Assembly (NCBI GenBank): GCA_946965045.2
Contig: OX337240.1
Span: 2,790,001-2,854,000, forward strand
DNA: 64,000 nt
Source of the DNA: Epithemia pelagica
Taxonomy: Eukaryota > Protista > Bacillariophyta
Direction of reading: 5' to 3'
Shown here: one piece after another, positions 11,783 through 25,253 of the stretch
Layout of the letters: every line of letters begins with the position of its first letter
How positions within the stretch are numbered: position 1 is the first letter of the stretch
Program-made: the position numbers and the translations under genes
Notes under the pieces: model-generated
Databases searched by the model: none
Told to the model about the DNA's origin: nothing
What the model saw: the letters and a program-made list of their open reading frames with translations, nothing else

Positions 11783-14028
11783 CCTTTTGGTTATTCTTCC
11801 TTTGTTTGGTACGTAGCAACGAGGAGCTTGCAAGAGGAAGAATGGTTTGTTTGATGCGAGTCTCTCTCTTCTCTTTTCTTGTTGTTGTTGTTTTGTGTGA
11901 ATCGATACAATCAAATCAAATCAACGGCATGAAAGAAGGGCGAGAGAAAGAGGAACCAGAAGCAGGTTGTCGTCTCTCGGACTGAGAGAAATGAATCCAA
12001 GTTCGGGAGACAAACAATGATTCGTCTTGTTCGCTTTGTGTGTGAGAGAGCGAGAAGAAAAAAAGTTGTGTTGTTGTTAACAAACACCAACGAGGCTTGG
12101 TGGTTGCTCCAAAATGAGAACGCTTGTTGACGACGAATTAATTACAAACAGAAGCAGAATAATATCAACACAACGATGATGAATTGAGTCGAGTTGACAA
12201 GAGAATCCTATGGACCATTCGCCTTCGCACAGTTCGCGTTGTGGTTTGTGGTGCTTGGAGAATTTATGAGCCTTCTCAACTGCACTGCCGCTGCTAGCTA
12301 TTGTAGCACCAAGCAACCTGCATCCGTGCAACACTTTTGAAGCCAACACTCTTGTTGCCAGACTCCCTTGTCTGCCTTGTCCTTTGCAAAGGACAAGTTC
12401 AACGATAGAAGCGAGAAACGCAAAGAACTTGTAGCCGCAAGTAGTAGGTCTCGGCAAACAAAAAGAGAGACGTGGATTGATCGGAGCTCGGAAGAGGGAG
12501 GAAGGAGTCCACGTCGAAGAGTCTTTTCAACTTCACCTCTTCCGACGCATGGATATAAATGCCACATGAGACCACGTAAGATCCGACACGGGACTCGATG
12601 AACACTGACGTGGTGATCTTCAGTCGTGGACTCGTGGCGAAGCGGCAGTGAGCCCCCAAGAAAACGATGTCACTCACGACACCATCTGGTTTGCTTCGCA
12701 TCCATCTGTTCGCATCCCGTCGTCGGGGAATTTTTGTGATTGGTCCACTCCATCATCCTTCGGATTTTTGTATAGGCTCAATCTGTATTAGGCATCTTGA
12801 CGTTGCTTCCACGGTTGCACTCGTCATCTCGCCCTCTTCTTGTTCTTTGTGCGAACTTTTCCGCGCCCAGAGAAGATTCCAAATCCAGACGGATGGCCAG
12901 GCAGACGGTTAAGGCGACCGCATCACATGGAGCAGGTAGCTACCTCTAGTACTCCTAGTTCCTCTATGAGTAAAAGGCATTTAGGAAGACAATCGCCGAG
13001 GCGACCTAAGCCTGGTTCTCATAATGCGTTTGTTCTCGACATTTATTTTTTGGTGTCAATATTCATGTGCATTTTGAACTAGGTAGGTAGCTTCAAGAGC
13101 CATCCACTACTTTAGGTTTTTTCGCCGTCACCACCACCATTGGTGTTTTGCGACACGCCGCTTCTTCATGGCTCTAGGGCCAGCAGTCCGGCCATGGCGG
13201 CGGCCACAATGCTAGCCCAATGCTGCTGTTGAAAGCCAAACGATGGAATGGCTGCCAGGAGGTATCCAACTGGATGGACGACGGTGGCCGTCAGAACCAT
13301 GGTGTGCGATACGGCGTCTTGCCTCACAAAGGATGCACCACACAGGGTGGCCAAACAAATCCGAAACCGTGTACAACCAAAAACCAAAGGTGGCCTCCTC
13401 ACTCGCCTTCCATTTGGTTGGGGAAACGTCCCAATCCCTGGTACACCCAGTGGGGATGATCCAATACGGCCATCACTGCGGGAAGACCCGCTCCGAGTCC
13501 GACAGCTCCAATCAACCATGATTTCATGGCGTCCTTCGAGTGTAGCAACATGATAGGATGGATGAGTCAATCCATCAATTCTGTGGTATTGTTATCATCA
13601 TTTGCCATCACCCCTGCATCTCCAGATTTTGTGGTGTTGTGTGTAGGTGCCGCAAGAGATTCCCAAGAACTCCCTAGGATTCCCAAGAATTCTCAGACGC
13701 ACGTTTCGGTCTAGAGATGAGAAACGCGACCAAACAGGAGGGGTGGCCGATCGACACACACGCCGGACGAAACAAAGTCTCTCTCAAGATTAATTTGGCC
13801 CTAGTGTGGAGCAAGATGGATTGGTTGCGGTACACTCCTTCATTTGCAAAGTAGATGAAAAGACGAGAAAGTCTCTAATGCAAAAAGAGTGAAACGTGTT
13901 ATCTTACAAGGAATAGAAACTGTTTCATCATCCATTGTAAGAAAGAATTGGCAAAACATTTGTCTCCCAACCGTCCAAAATCCCATGTTCTCCATGCATC
14001 CCGATGGAACATTCCACCAGGACTATTT

Positions 14029-15666
14029 TTACGCACAAGGTGGACAACATTGGCGGGGTCCATTCTTTTTTCTTGTCGTCGTCGTTTGTTGTTTGCCAGT
14101 TGGGACGAGTGGGGCCGAGGATCGAGCCGCCACTGATTGCGGTTGAGTGGTAGTGGCGTCTTGTCTTTGTCTTTGTTGTGTTGTGCTGGTTGTTGTTGCT
14201 GGAACGACCAAGCGATGGACAGTAGTCGTCCACAACAAGAACGCAATACTGGTCCCACCGGGACGTTGATGGACCTGTTCCAACCAGTAGGGCAACACGT
14301 CTTGTTGCTGGTCCAGTGGTTGGTCGTCCAACAAGGCTTGTAGGTGCGTGCGAGGCCCTTGATTGGCGCGCAAATAAAAGTCGACTTGCTTCCACAAGTG
14401 CAACGACTTGGCGGCAGTGGTGGCGGTTGCGGTACCTTTTTGCTTGGACGACACCAAGAGGGGTTGCACGCGATCCAAAATGCGCGTCAAGGTCGTATTC
14501 GAGTGTTGCAAGGCTTGCAACAAGACGTTGCCACAGCCATTCGTCGTGCCACCGCCGTCTTGCAAAATCCACTGCTCCGTCCCATCCATCAAGAGGGCTC
14601 GCAAGCCTGTGTTGTAGGGCACGGCTTGCAACACGGCGCGACAATCGGCGTGGGTGAGACGGGTATCGACCAAACACAAGGTATCCAAGGTTTGTTGTCG
14701 CTGCACAAGACGGGCCAAACTGGGACCGCTGTGGGTCAAGGGATTGCGTGAGACAAACAGTCGTTGTAACGTGGTATTGGCCAACAAGCCCTGGTCGACC
14801 AACAGTTGGAGGGCCGTCGAGTCCAATTGGTTGTGTCGCAACGACAATTCCACCAACGTTTGATTCCGTTGCAGCAATTGAGCCACGGCGGGAGCATCGT
14901 CCGTGGCATTCAAGTCCATGCGTTCCAGATGCAAGGTGGTTAGGGATCGATTCAAGGAAGTGGCCATGAGAAATTGTCGTCGTTCTTGCGGTGTCAATGT
15001 GACGTGGGACAAGACCAGACGGGTCAAGGATCGGGAGACAACCGTGGCGGCCAAGAGCGAAATCAAGGCCGAGTGCGCTTCAAAGTGCACATGATGTAAG
15101 GTAATGGAGTTTAAGGCGGACGTGGGACTGGTAATCAAACGACTCAATGCTTGACAGGCTGGTACGCTCAAGGACACGTGGGCCAAATGAATGGATTCGA
15201 GGCGGGGATTGCCAAAGACGGCCGATGGGACACTCAGCGCTTGTGTGCGTTGTTGTTGTGGTGGTCCTTCTCGTCCAAAATGGTCGGCTGGTTCTTCTTC
15301 TTCTTCTTCTTTTCCTTGGGGGTTGGATGGCTCGTCAATGTCATTCTCGGGTGGTACAACGACACAAAGGTTTCGAAGTGTGACGGAGTGCAAGTGTTGA
15401 TTGCGCGCCATGGTGGTGGCCAACGTTTGGGCCAAACTGGTCGTCAATGTGGCATTTTGAAACGTCAAGGAAGGAGCCGACGCATTGGTTTGCAAGGCGA
15501 GCAACAATCGACGCGCCGCTTGCGGTCGTAAGGCTGATCGATTCCACCCCGTCCCATCCATATACACGGGGCTCGTCCACGTATTGCGTCGCAACTCCTC
15601 TTCGGCCTCGTTCAACCAAGTCAGGTCCAACTTGGACGCTCCGCCATGCCAAAAGGTATACCGCAT
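14029..15666 (-). CDS. RNI-like leucine-rich repeat protein, ~545 aa
   Basis: Repeats such as NQHLHSVTL, NRSLTTLHLERMDL, NQTLVELSLRHNQL, NTTLQRLFVSRNPL, NTGLRALLM; the C-terminal VDFYLRANQ motif is typical of these proteins. Confidence 0.85.
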   Translation of the reverse strand: MRYTFWHGGASKLDLTWLNEAEEELRRNTWTSPVYMDGTGWNRSALRPQAARRLLLALQTNASAPSLTFQNATLTTSLAQTLATTMARNQHLHSVTLRNLCVVVPPENDIDEPSNPQGKEEEEEEPADHFGREGPPQQQRTQALSVPSAVFGNPRLESIHLAHVSLSVPACQALSRLITSPTSALNSITLHHVHFEAHSALISLLAATVVSRSLTRLVLSHVTLTPQERRQFLMATSLNRSLTTLHLERMDLNATDDAPAVAQLLQRNQTLVELSLRHNQLDSTALQLLVDQGLLANTTLQRLFVSRNPLTHSGPSLARLVQRQQTLDTLCLVDTRLTHADCRAVLQAVPYNTGLRALLMDGTEQWILQDGGGTTNGCGNVLLQALQHSNTTLTRILDRVQPLLVSSKQKGTATATTAAKSLHLWKQVDFYLRANQGPRTHLQALLDDQPLDQQQDVLPYWLEQVHQRPGGTSIAFLLWTTTVHRLVVPATTTSTTQQRQRQDATTTQPQSVAARSSAPLVPTGKQQTTTTRKKNGPRQCCPPCA

Positions 15667-17176
15667 ACTGGAAAGAACTACAACAAGAACAACAATAAGA
15701 ATAATGCAAGAGAGGTACAGGTATGTAGAATGGAGATAGGAAGGGCTGCTCTCTGCTCGTGGTGTGGAAAGTGGCGTGCCCAAACAATGACATAGAGGAG
15801 AATATCATTGAATGTTGGAGCAAACAGTGACACGTCATACTCGTAATCGTGTGGTATTGGAGTGCTGTAAGTCATCCCAGGAAAATATCTCTGACGCGAA
15901 CGACGTGTTCTGAGTTCGGCGGCCAAGATTCGTGTTCGTGGTCTTCTTACAACCAGGCGCGAATTGAAGTAAGTCACTCCAAAACTGAAAGGATTAAAGC
16001 TGAAAATCGAATATCAATAGCTAAGGATTCCAAGACGTGGTGACTCCCAAAGTCCACGTCAGAGAAAAAGTTCGTATGATTTTGAGATTTGGTAGGTCAT
16101 GTTCAAAGTGATATAGTACTGTATAACTATCCTTAGAGATTTGTGTACTCAAAGACGCCACGACATTTCTCAAAATATTGTTGGGCCTACTAGTCTTCCA
16201 ATACAGCCATCATTCCGCCTTTCGGTCTTGTTTGCAGCATTCCACCGAATGCAATTTGGTTGGGGTCATCACAGAACTCCGTCTGGATTGCGTCCGGCTA
16301 TCCATGAGGAAGCTACCCAAAATATAGTTCGCTAGCTTAGAGGACGACTCCATAATAACCCTTCCCTAACGTTTGGTAAACGGTAGAGTAACGGTTTCGT
16401 GTGTTCCTTTTCGCCATGAATGACACGCGAACACACATGGCTGCTTTCTTGGTTGCAGTTCCAGTTTCCGCAAGGTTTCTCTCCAAGCCACAAAGAAGAG
16501 GTTCCAATCCTAGTTCAGAATTGCCATCCTTGACATACGAGAAGCCGACAAGAATATAGAGAACCAACGCAACGAAACGAACTCTGGAGTGGTGAATCTT
16601 GTTGGTGGCTTGTTTGTCACAAGGTTACGGGTGTGTTTTTGCGTCGATTGGAGGTGGTTCCAGTTCGGAACGGGTGTCGTCGTTCCTGGATTGGTTGGTT
16701 GGGTCGGCTTGTTCTTTGTGGCTCGAGTCATTGATTGGGGTGGCAGGTCTTCTTGTGGGGCGCTAGTAGTGTTGGTGGTTTTCTCTTTTCTACCTGGTTT
16801 CGGGTGTGTGTCCAGTTTCTCCAGCATCGACCACCCAAACAGTGCCAATTTTTGATTGTTTTTGTTGGGTGGCTGCGGCGGCTGCCTTCCTTGTTGTTGG
16901 CTCTCTCTCGATCTCTCGATCTCTCTGTTCCTACCAAGACACTGTAGTGGTTCCACCTACCAACGAGTGTTTGTTTGGTTCGCCATTGCGGCTTTTTTTT
17001 GGTTCTCCCTTCCAATTCACAGTTGAAAGCAATTTTGATTTCTTGCGCGCACACATACCAGTTTGGAAAGTTGTGCTCCAAGAAACATTCTTGGTGGTCG
17101 ACCAAACTAGTTTTTGTTCTATTCTTGTTCCTTTTTGTTCCCTTGAAAGTGATCCTTGGCCCCACGGAGGAGGAAG

Positions 17177-19250
17177 ATGAGTCAGTCTTTTGTTTCTCGC
17201 ACCACCACCACTCCTCCCCAACGCCTCGTGGCGGCCCATTCGGCCTCGTCCTCCTTGTGCATTGCCAGTCAGGGCTGTGTCCAACAATGTGCGGCGCGCA
17301 CTCAAATTTGTCCCTGGTCGGCCCTGGTGGCCGCTCGGGCCGTGTCGGTGGCATTGGAACGATTGGGACAGGATTCGACCCTCTTTTCTTCTTGTGCGAC
17401 GGCGCCCTTTTGTCAAGTATCCCCCGAATCGGTCCACGTGGGAGACTTGTTGGGCGAAGGAGGTTTTTCGCAGGTCCATGTGTGTACCGTGGAATTCCCA
17501 GAAACGAAAGATGAGGCGACATTCCCATCACAATCATCACGACAACCACAACACGACAACGGAGGAACAGCACCCTCGGCCGCACTCCTGGTATCTTCCT
17601 TAGGTTCACGGACACGGCGACGAAGAAGGAGACGCTCGTCTCGTGTCACTCTCCCAGAAAATGCCTCGACAAGGACACTTGCTCCTACTCAAAAAGAAGA
17701 AGAAGAAGATCAAGAAGAAAAAAGAAACCACACTATGGACAGGAACGCCTGCACGGATACGGATGCACCCCCATCAAATGTACCACCACCACAACCAAGA
17801 GGACGCAAGGAGTTGGCTCTCAAATTTCTCAAGCCATCCGCCTTGCGCGATGCCTCGCAATTCAAACATGGAGCGGCTGATTTGGCCGTGGAGGCCTACT
17901 TTTTACAACGGTTGCAGCATCCCCACATTATTGCCTTGCATGGCATCGCGGCCGGTTCCATGGAGGCCAATATTTGGAAGGGCGCCCTCCATCCCACTCA
18001 ACCCACGCAAGGCTTGTTTTTGCTCTTGGATCGATTGGTGGAAACCTTGGAACAAAAAATTCAAACCTGGCGACAGGAAGAAACCAAACGATTTGTTCTG
18101 AGTCATCCCGTCGGAAGCAGCCACACGACTGGTAATCCCTACGTGCCATCCTCCTCCCCTTCTTCAACCATGTCGTCGTCTTGGTGGAACCAAGGGACGA
18201 ATAGCAACCTGTCCAACACGACCACCAGCAGCAGTGGTGCTACTACTGCTACTACGACCAGCTTGTCCATTACCAATTCGTCCTCGTCGTCGTCCTCCTC
18301 CTCGTCCTCCTTTTTGGTTGAATACCGCCATGCCAAACGACGACAATTGTTGGAACGATTGCAAATTGCGGTGCAGATTGCCTTGGCCTTGGAATATTTG
18401 CATTCCAATCACGTCTTGTTTCGCGATTTGAAACCCGAAAATATTGGCTTGGATCCCCACGGTCAAGTGAAATTGTTTGATTTTGGCTTGGCCAAGGAAT
18501 ACAAAGTGTCCAAACTCACGCAAACACCCTATCAACTCACGGGACAGACTGGATCACGACGATATATGGTACGGCAAAACCGTGACACGTGTAGTGTCCA
18601 TGGAAACCAAAGGAACCATGCCATTTTCTGTCTACGAAAAAGTCATGCACACATCTCACCCGTCTGGATTTTCCCGTTTGTATCTATCGTCTCTCTCGTT
18701 ACGCGTTGTCCTTTTTGTGTATTGCTTGGCTTGTGTCCGTCTTTTTGGTCGTTTTCTTCCTCTCTGTCCTCGTGGGTTCAGGCTCCGGAGGTGGCACGAG
18801 GGTCTCGCACCTATGATTTGACGGTGGATGTGTATAGTTTTGGTATTTTGTTGTGGGAATTGTGTGCCGCGACCAAACCCTTTTATGGATACAGTACCAA
18901 CAAGCACATGCAACGAGTCGTCCTACAAGGAGAACGACCGGCCATGGATGTCTTGCACACACAGCATTGGCCCTTGCCATTGCAAACTCTCATGAAACAG
19001 TGTTGGTCGGCCACGCCCAGTCACCGACCATCCTGTTCGGAAATTGTGGCCGTTTTGGAACGGACTCGGGGAGGACACATTGATGACCATCAGGGTGGTG
19101 GACGGAGTACCAATTTCACCCAAGACCATTATCAATGGGCACGACAATCCTCACCGGAAGAAATTAATCTCTTGCTTGGCTTGCAACCACCTCGACATGC
19201 CTCGCTTCAACAACAGCAACGGCTGAAACGTCGACAACAACGACGACGGC

Positions 19251-19285
<35 letters not shown>

Positions 19286-20563
19286 CGTCCCTTGTTACTC
19301 CAATCCGAAGAGGAGGATCGTGCCAGTAGTAGTAGTACGACGTTGTCCTGGCGACAAGCTCCCGGAAAACAGAAATCCACCATGGAACAACCACCAGGAC
19401 AACTTGCACTACAACGAGGTCCATCGTGGCGCTGGTCTTCGCCCTTCGGGTTTCCGTTGTCGTCGTTATGGACCAATCGGAACAACATTGGTGTGCGCAC
19501 CTTTACATCCAGCCAAGGCCGGGGAGGAAATTGGGCTCGTCGTCAAATGCTTCGAGATGCACATCAACCCGTTGGTACAAGGAGTGAAATGGAAATGAGA
19601 TTGGAGGATGACGACGATGGTCATGATGATGTCACGTTTAAAAGTGGACAACGTCGCCGTTCACCTATCCAAACTAGCAGCAGCAGCAAGAGTCTTGCAT
19701 CGCGAACCTCCCTCAATGCAACCAATGCCAAGTATCTATACTCCTTGTTTCGACGCCACAAGGCTCGGTCCAACCGACGTAACAACAAGCACCGTATTTT
19801 GAGTCGCACATGGAATGTACCATCCTGGACCAGACCTATTTCCTGGTGGAAATTTTGGAAGAAATCGTCGACCAACTTGTTACTACCATCAAGGACGACA
19901 AGATTGGCCTCGGCCGATCGACCTGCTACTGACCGTACTAACACGCAAGGAAGACCGTTCTCACAGGACAACGGGGTCATGGTCCCCCCAAACAATCCTG
20001 TCGAAACCTCCACCGCGCCCGAAGTGACAATGCCTGTCATGGTAGTAAATGAGTCACCGCATGTCCAATTCGTTGAACCAGAACTAGCGGATAGACATGT
20101 TCGCCAACGCATACTACCACAACAACGCCAACAGGGACCACATTTATCTTCTGCGCCGCCAATGGCTACGGTGCTCCCCGCCACAACTGCCATCCCCGTA
20201 TCGATGGTATATCCAGATGCTCGTCGGCCTGCTGCGACGCCGCAACGTTCCACCATCCCGAGTAGTCGACAGATTCCGGCCAACCGGTTGGTAAACAATC
20301 TCCGTGATACCAATGACAATCAGGACCACGACGACGACATGGCCAAATCCTTCCACTCAACCCAACGGGGTAGTGACGAGGTTTGGTCTGGTCTTGGCGA
20401 CCGATCCCACACAGTAGTCGTTGACCGCATGTGGACGGAATCTTCGGTTGTTGTTCTTGCTACGGTGGTGATGGCACTTTCCATGACGGTTTGGTGGATG
20501 GGCGTCTGGTGGAACCTTTTGACCACAACCAGAAATGGACAAGCGACGTTGCGGCAAGACTAA
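17177..20563 (+). CDS. TKL-type protein kinase with long low-complexity C-tail, join(17177..18568,18782..20563), ~1057 aa
   Basis: [39 protein letters not shown]|APE (intron 18569-18781), [16 protein letters not shown]; poly-Q and poly-S tracts. Confidence 0.9.
19250..19287 (+). repeat. (CAA)n microsatellite encoding poly-Q in the kinase
   Basis: Uninterrupted CAA run. Confidence 0.9.
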
Positions 20564-20826
20564 AGATAATTATTTGGGGCGCATTCGCTTCTCGATTCTG
20601 ATGTGTGTGTGGATCCAGGCTCTACCGATGATACATTACGTCCTGGTAACTTCGGGAAAACTTGTTGTCAGGAAGATTTTTGGTATGTACAAAGCATTGA
20701 AAGCAGCGACAATCACAACTAGCAAAAGTGCATTCCACAACAACAATATTAAGATTTTCTACCTATGCGTTTCGGTTGGCAAGCAAACTGGAACGCTTTT
20801 GTTTCCAAAAGAGGCAAGCTGGTTGC

Positions 20827-21693
20827 CTACATTCTAGAAGCTGCGGATTTTTCAATGGTTTCCTGAACCGTCTTGGATCCATCGGCATGGATGGTTGTCG
20901 AAATGGTTTTCTTGGTGCCATCATGAAATTCTTGAGTTTCTACCTGGGTGGTACCGGGTAGAGTGCTCGTGACATTCGTTTGTGTGGCATTGTTTTCCTC
21001 GTCATCCAACACTTTCACGACCGGCGCAGCCGTGGATGTCGTTGTAGACAGGACGGGAGGACCGACATGGTTTTCGCTTTCGCTGTAGCACTTTTCAAAG
21101 CGTTCCGAATTGGTAAAGCGAAAGACAAGACACGAGACTATCATCCACAAGGCACTGGACACAAACAACATGGCAGCCCAGGCTTCCCAGGCACAATCCG
21201 ACGATACACATGCATCTTCTGCTCGTACCACCAATACAATGGCCCAGATCAAGTCAATGAGCGACACGACTGCGGCCAAGGAGGCAGTGATATTCAAGTG
21301 AACTTTACCCAGGCGGGCACACCATACAACTTGTAGAACAATCATGGCAGTCAATCCCATCACGATGGCAATGACGCCGCCAAACGAAAGGACAAAGGCA
21401 AAAATCGACAAGATTTGAGCCGTCATGAGCATGGGATCCTTATAAATACTGTGGATGGACATGGAAGTTGTCGTAGAACCAGCCATGTATAGAAAATGGA
21501 GACAAAAACAGGATTAACAATGACAGTATCGTGAGTAATGCAATATATCCAGAGTTGTATTCACAATCTTCTTTGTTATCATGGATACTATTCCACGCCT
21601 CTTGTTGGAATGGGGAACTGCGCAAGCCAGTAACAGCAAAACCCAACAACAAGACCATCCGACACCAACACTGGGTACTTACCAGCAAGGCAT
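20827..21693 (-). CDS. 4-TM (MPCC) family membrane protein, join(21683..21693,20827..21448), 210 aa
   Basis: 11-nt exon ATGCCTTGCTG, GT-AG intron, CIYKDPMLMTAQ, four hydrophobic segments, tail FHDGTKKTISTTIHADGSKTVQET. Confidence 0.85.
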
Positions 21694-21799
21694 GATTGAT
21701 TGTTTTCAACGTTTGGAATAGGACGCAAGGACGATCAGATGGAGTAGTCGGAGTGAGAGAGAGAGCAAATTGGTTTTTGTGAGACAAAAATGTCGCATG

Positions 21800-22102
21800 A
21801 GATCTGGAACATAAATTGGAAGAATGAATCGTATGGAACGAGGAGGAATCTTGTGAATCGAGAGTAAGATGGAGAGTAGGTGATGTCAGCATAGGTGCAT
21901 ATAAGGGGGTAAGCCGATCCATGTTCGGCTAAGTAGGTTCAGTAAGAAAAGCTACGTAGCGTACATAAAATCCCATAGTACAACATTTCACGTAAGATGA
22001 TGCGGAACATAAATTGGAAGAATGAATCGTATGGAACGAGGAGGAATCTTGTGAATCGAGAGTAAGATGGAGAGTAGGTGATGTCAGCATAGGTGCATCA
22101 CA
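21800..22102. mobile_element. 303-bp insertion with 95-bp internal direct repeats and a 7-bp flanking duplication
   Basis: Identical 95-mers at 21806-21900 and 22004-22098; TCGCATG on both sides (21793-21799, 22103-22109); the paralogous left arm (~6780) has a single copy and no insert. Confidence 0.6.
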
Positions 22103-23780
22103 TCGCATGGTAGCCGAGACGCCAAAGTTCCCCCGGGCATCCGGAAGCAGAAGCAGCCAATCACGACACGATAAATCCACGACTGAAAGTCACGGATTGC
22201 CTCCCAGCGACCATGGCGACGATGACATTCGGAAGAAACGCAATGGTAACTTCCCCCCAAGAAACTGTTCTCCGTGCAATACGGAAGGAAGAATCCGCTT
22301 CATTTTGATTCTGTTCCATCCATGAAAATCCATGGACGGTGTATGATAATTCAACCATTTCTGATTCTTAGAAGTAGCTATACACTTTGCATTGGACTGA
22401 TCCAAGAGGGATCAAAGAGAAACCACAAACCACGTTACATCATCGAGACGACATGAGCTTCTTCTTGCTGTGTTCTGGATAGCACCGTCCCATCACTGGA
22501 GCTAAAGTATTAGTTCGAAAGAGCTTTTGTGGCCATTCTCGCAGCCCGAAAAGCGGCAAAAATGCTCTCGGGTGCATCGTCCACGATATCTTGGAATTTT
22601 ACAAAATTCCCCGTCATCTTCTTGCTTGCTTGTGTAATTCCATTCTGCCACAAAGTGTCTGTTGTTGTGTTGTTACACACATGTTCTGTCTCGTGTCTAT
22701 TATTATTTGAATCCACCGAAATCACGGTCGGTCGCGTCACAGACAGTCACGGGGATGATATGGGATCACGATCAACCGTATTGGATCCTCCCGCGCGCGT
22801 GACTCTGACTGTCTGTCTTTCCGTCAATAGTATAAGGTTTCCGGGACTAAGACCAAGACCAACTATTATTTGTGGCACGCGCGATGAGAAGCCTACATAC
22901 GGATACATATATTGGGTTTTGGGTTCAACATAGGGAGGAAATCAACGCCATGAAGAACGCCCTCTGATGAGGAGCACATGGAATCGCTGTAGTACGGTAG
23001 AGACGACGCATTCGACAAGGATGAGGAGTGTATTATTGCTTCTCTTCATGGATCCAGTGGGCATGCTGCTTGGACAATCCTCAACACAAAGAATGGACAC
23101 GCGCCCACCATTCACAAAAGAACTCCTGTATGCGTGCCAGCCAAAAACGACCCGGTGGAGGAGCCGCATTCTTTGGAAACCGACCAAACGGAAGTTCCTT
23201 GGTTGCTCCACGCAGACGTTGTTGTTTCGCATCATGTCTTTATGGGTTGTCGGGTGGTTGTCTGAGCACTCTCCATGTGTTCCGAGTGTCCTGTTCTTTG
23301 ACACTGCAACATCCGGTCACCGGTCATGTCCAGTGTGTGGAGAGGCACAGTGTATTGCTGGGTGGATCTACCATTGACCACATTCCAAGAGAATCCACAG
23401 GCACTGGGACGAGATCTAGGTATATGTGCATGTACACACATACTCTCGATCCAATTCAAGTGTTTATGCCATGCATTGCTTGGATGCCATGTCATGCTTT
23501 GTTCCAGCATGGCCACTACCACCAACCGGTACGAGGGACGACGACAACAGCAAAGAAGCAGAAACAGAACCATGAGATTCACAGGATGTGCGGCCACCAG
23601 GTGACTCGAATCGCAACCCAGGATGCAACCCATTGGAATCGATCCTCCTGCTTTGCTTCCTAAAAAACTCATTCCATAAATCAAGCATTCTGCAGTGGTG
23701 GAAAGTCGTATCCTGTCCAGTCCAGTCCAGTCAAGTCACACTTGCGTTTGAAACAAGCAAACGATTCTATTCAAGCAAGC

Positions 23781-24134
23781 ATGGTTCAAGGATACTCGAA
23801 TACCAACAAGGTAGCGATTGCTGTAAGGTTCATGACTTGGTGGTGGTTGTGCTTGTCCTGTTTTTCCTCCGTCACCACGGCCACCTTTGTCGATCCATGG
23901 ACGACCGACACGACGAGCACTAGTAGTGACCTCCACGTACAGGAACATCAAGAAGAACAAGAGCATGCTCCTGCACCGCAGTTGATTCGCCGTCGCATGG
24001 ATTCTCCCACGTTGGACTTTCCTCCTGCCGTGGACCTTCCTCCAGGAGTCTTTATCGTTTCCTTTCCCTCCTTTGAACTGCCACCGTCGTCGTCGTCGGG
24101 CAAAAAGACCAAATCGAGTGGCAAGGGAAATTAA
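23781..24134 (+). CDS. Possible small secreted protein, ~117 aa
   Basis: Hydrophobic N-region (WWWLCLSCFSSVTTA), acidic/Pro-rich middle, SSGKKTKSSGKG tail; weak support. Confidence 0.3.
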   Translation: MVQGYSNTNKVAIAVRFMTWWWLCLSCFSSVTTATFVDPWTTDTTSTSSDLHVQEHQEEQEHAPAPQLIRRRMDSPTLDFPPAVDLPPGVFIVSFPSFELPPSSSSGKKTKSSGKGN

Positions 24135-25253
24135 GGGCACACACTCACGGAACGAACCGGCTCACTTGGCGGCTGGTTCCGAAAAAAGAAGAAGAAGAAG
24201 CCACAACTCACAAACGTGGCCAGATCGGATGATGAGGATGATGGAGTGACCCATGGAGGAATACAAAACGAGGAGACTTTTTTTATGACACCGAATATGC
24301 AAAACACGAATGGTAGCTTTCCTCTCTAGAAGATACAACCAGAATAGCAAGAACCAATCGGTTGGTTGCTTGTCCAGCATGAACACACAGTAAATGATTA
24401 ATCACAACGAACAAGCTTTTCCCTGATTTTCTGTATGTCTTACTCCGCCTAGAGCACACCTCTCTCTATAAGGAGTACCTACTCCTACCTCTAGTAGAGG
24501 TAGAGTAAAGAGTAATGTTCATCGCGTTCGTGGAAGCCTAGTAAGGCTCCCACCACGAAACCACCACAACCACCTCCAAATGACCCGTGATGATGGGATG
24601 GGGGGAATCTGTCTCGGCCGAAAAAATGGGGGTGCGTGACCGTGACAGTCCGCTCCGCCCAAGACATTTGTTTGGTGTACTGTTTGTCCAAATGTAAGGG
24701 GTCGCGTCGCGGTCGCATCGAACAAAATGTCTGAAGGGGTGGGGTCTTTTGTCTTGCGTTTTGTTTTGGGCCTTGGGAAATTTTGGGACCGACGTGGGAT
24801 ATTGTCAAGAGAGGAGTGTGTTGTTGGTGACTGATATTGGTGTATTTGATGTCTTTATCGCGATAGTAGGCAACTATCTTCCATTGGAAACCAAACCGAG
24901 TAATTTACCACAAGCAAGGACTAGCTCTCTCGTAGAAGGAGTTCCACACAACAGGGGGGCAGAGCCGATTCTACCATTGGAAGATTTAGGGGGTTCAACG
25001 TCTTGCTTCCTGATTCTCTCGAGGTGCAGCACCACGTCGATCGGCGCTTTCTGCTTCTGCTACTCTCTATTATTGGATATCATTCGCATCTCTCTGCCTT
25101 GTGCCCAGTCTGGAGAGGCAAGAACGAGATTGAGAACAGGAAACATTCGGAAAACGAGAGCCATTGAATCTTCCCAAAGCAAACTGCTTGGCTCATTGCA
25201 ATTTCTTGCCAGAATTGACCTAATTTGGAGAAGGAAGCCATTGCATTCACAAA

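Larger units (their letters stand above)
19709..22645. repeat. Right arm of the inverted segmental duplication (partner ~6210-8890)
   Basis: As for the left arm; this arm carries the intact gene copies. Confidence 0.9.

Noticed and set aside
12077-13714. Short ORFs including hydrophobic 13166..13570
   Set aside because: Overlapping ORFs on both strands with no recognisable domain; cannot be supported.
22942-23688. Overlapping ORFs of 90-211 aa
   Set aside because: No recognisable motifs; likely spurious or remnants.
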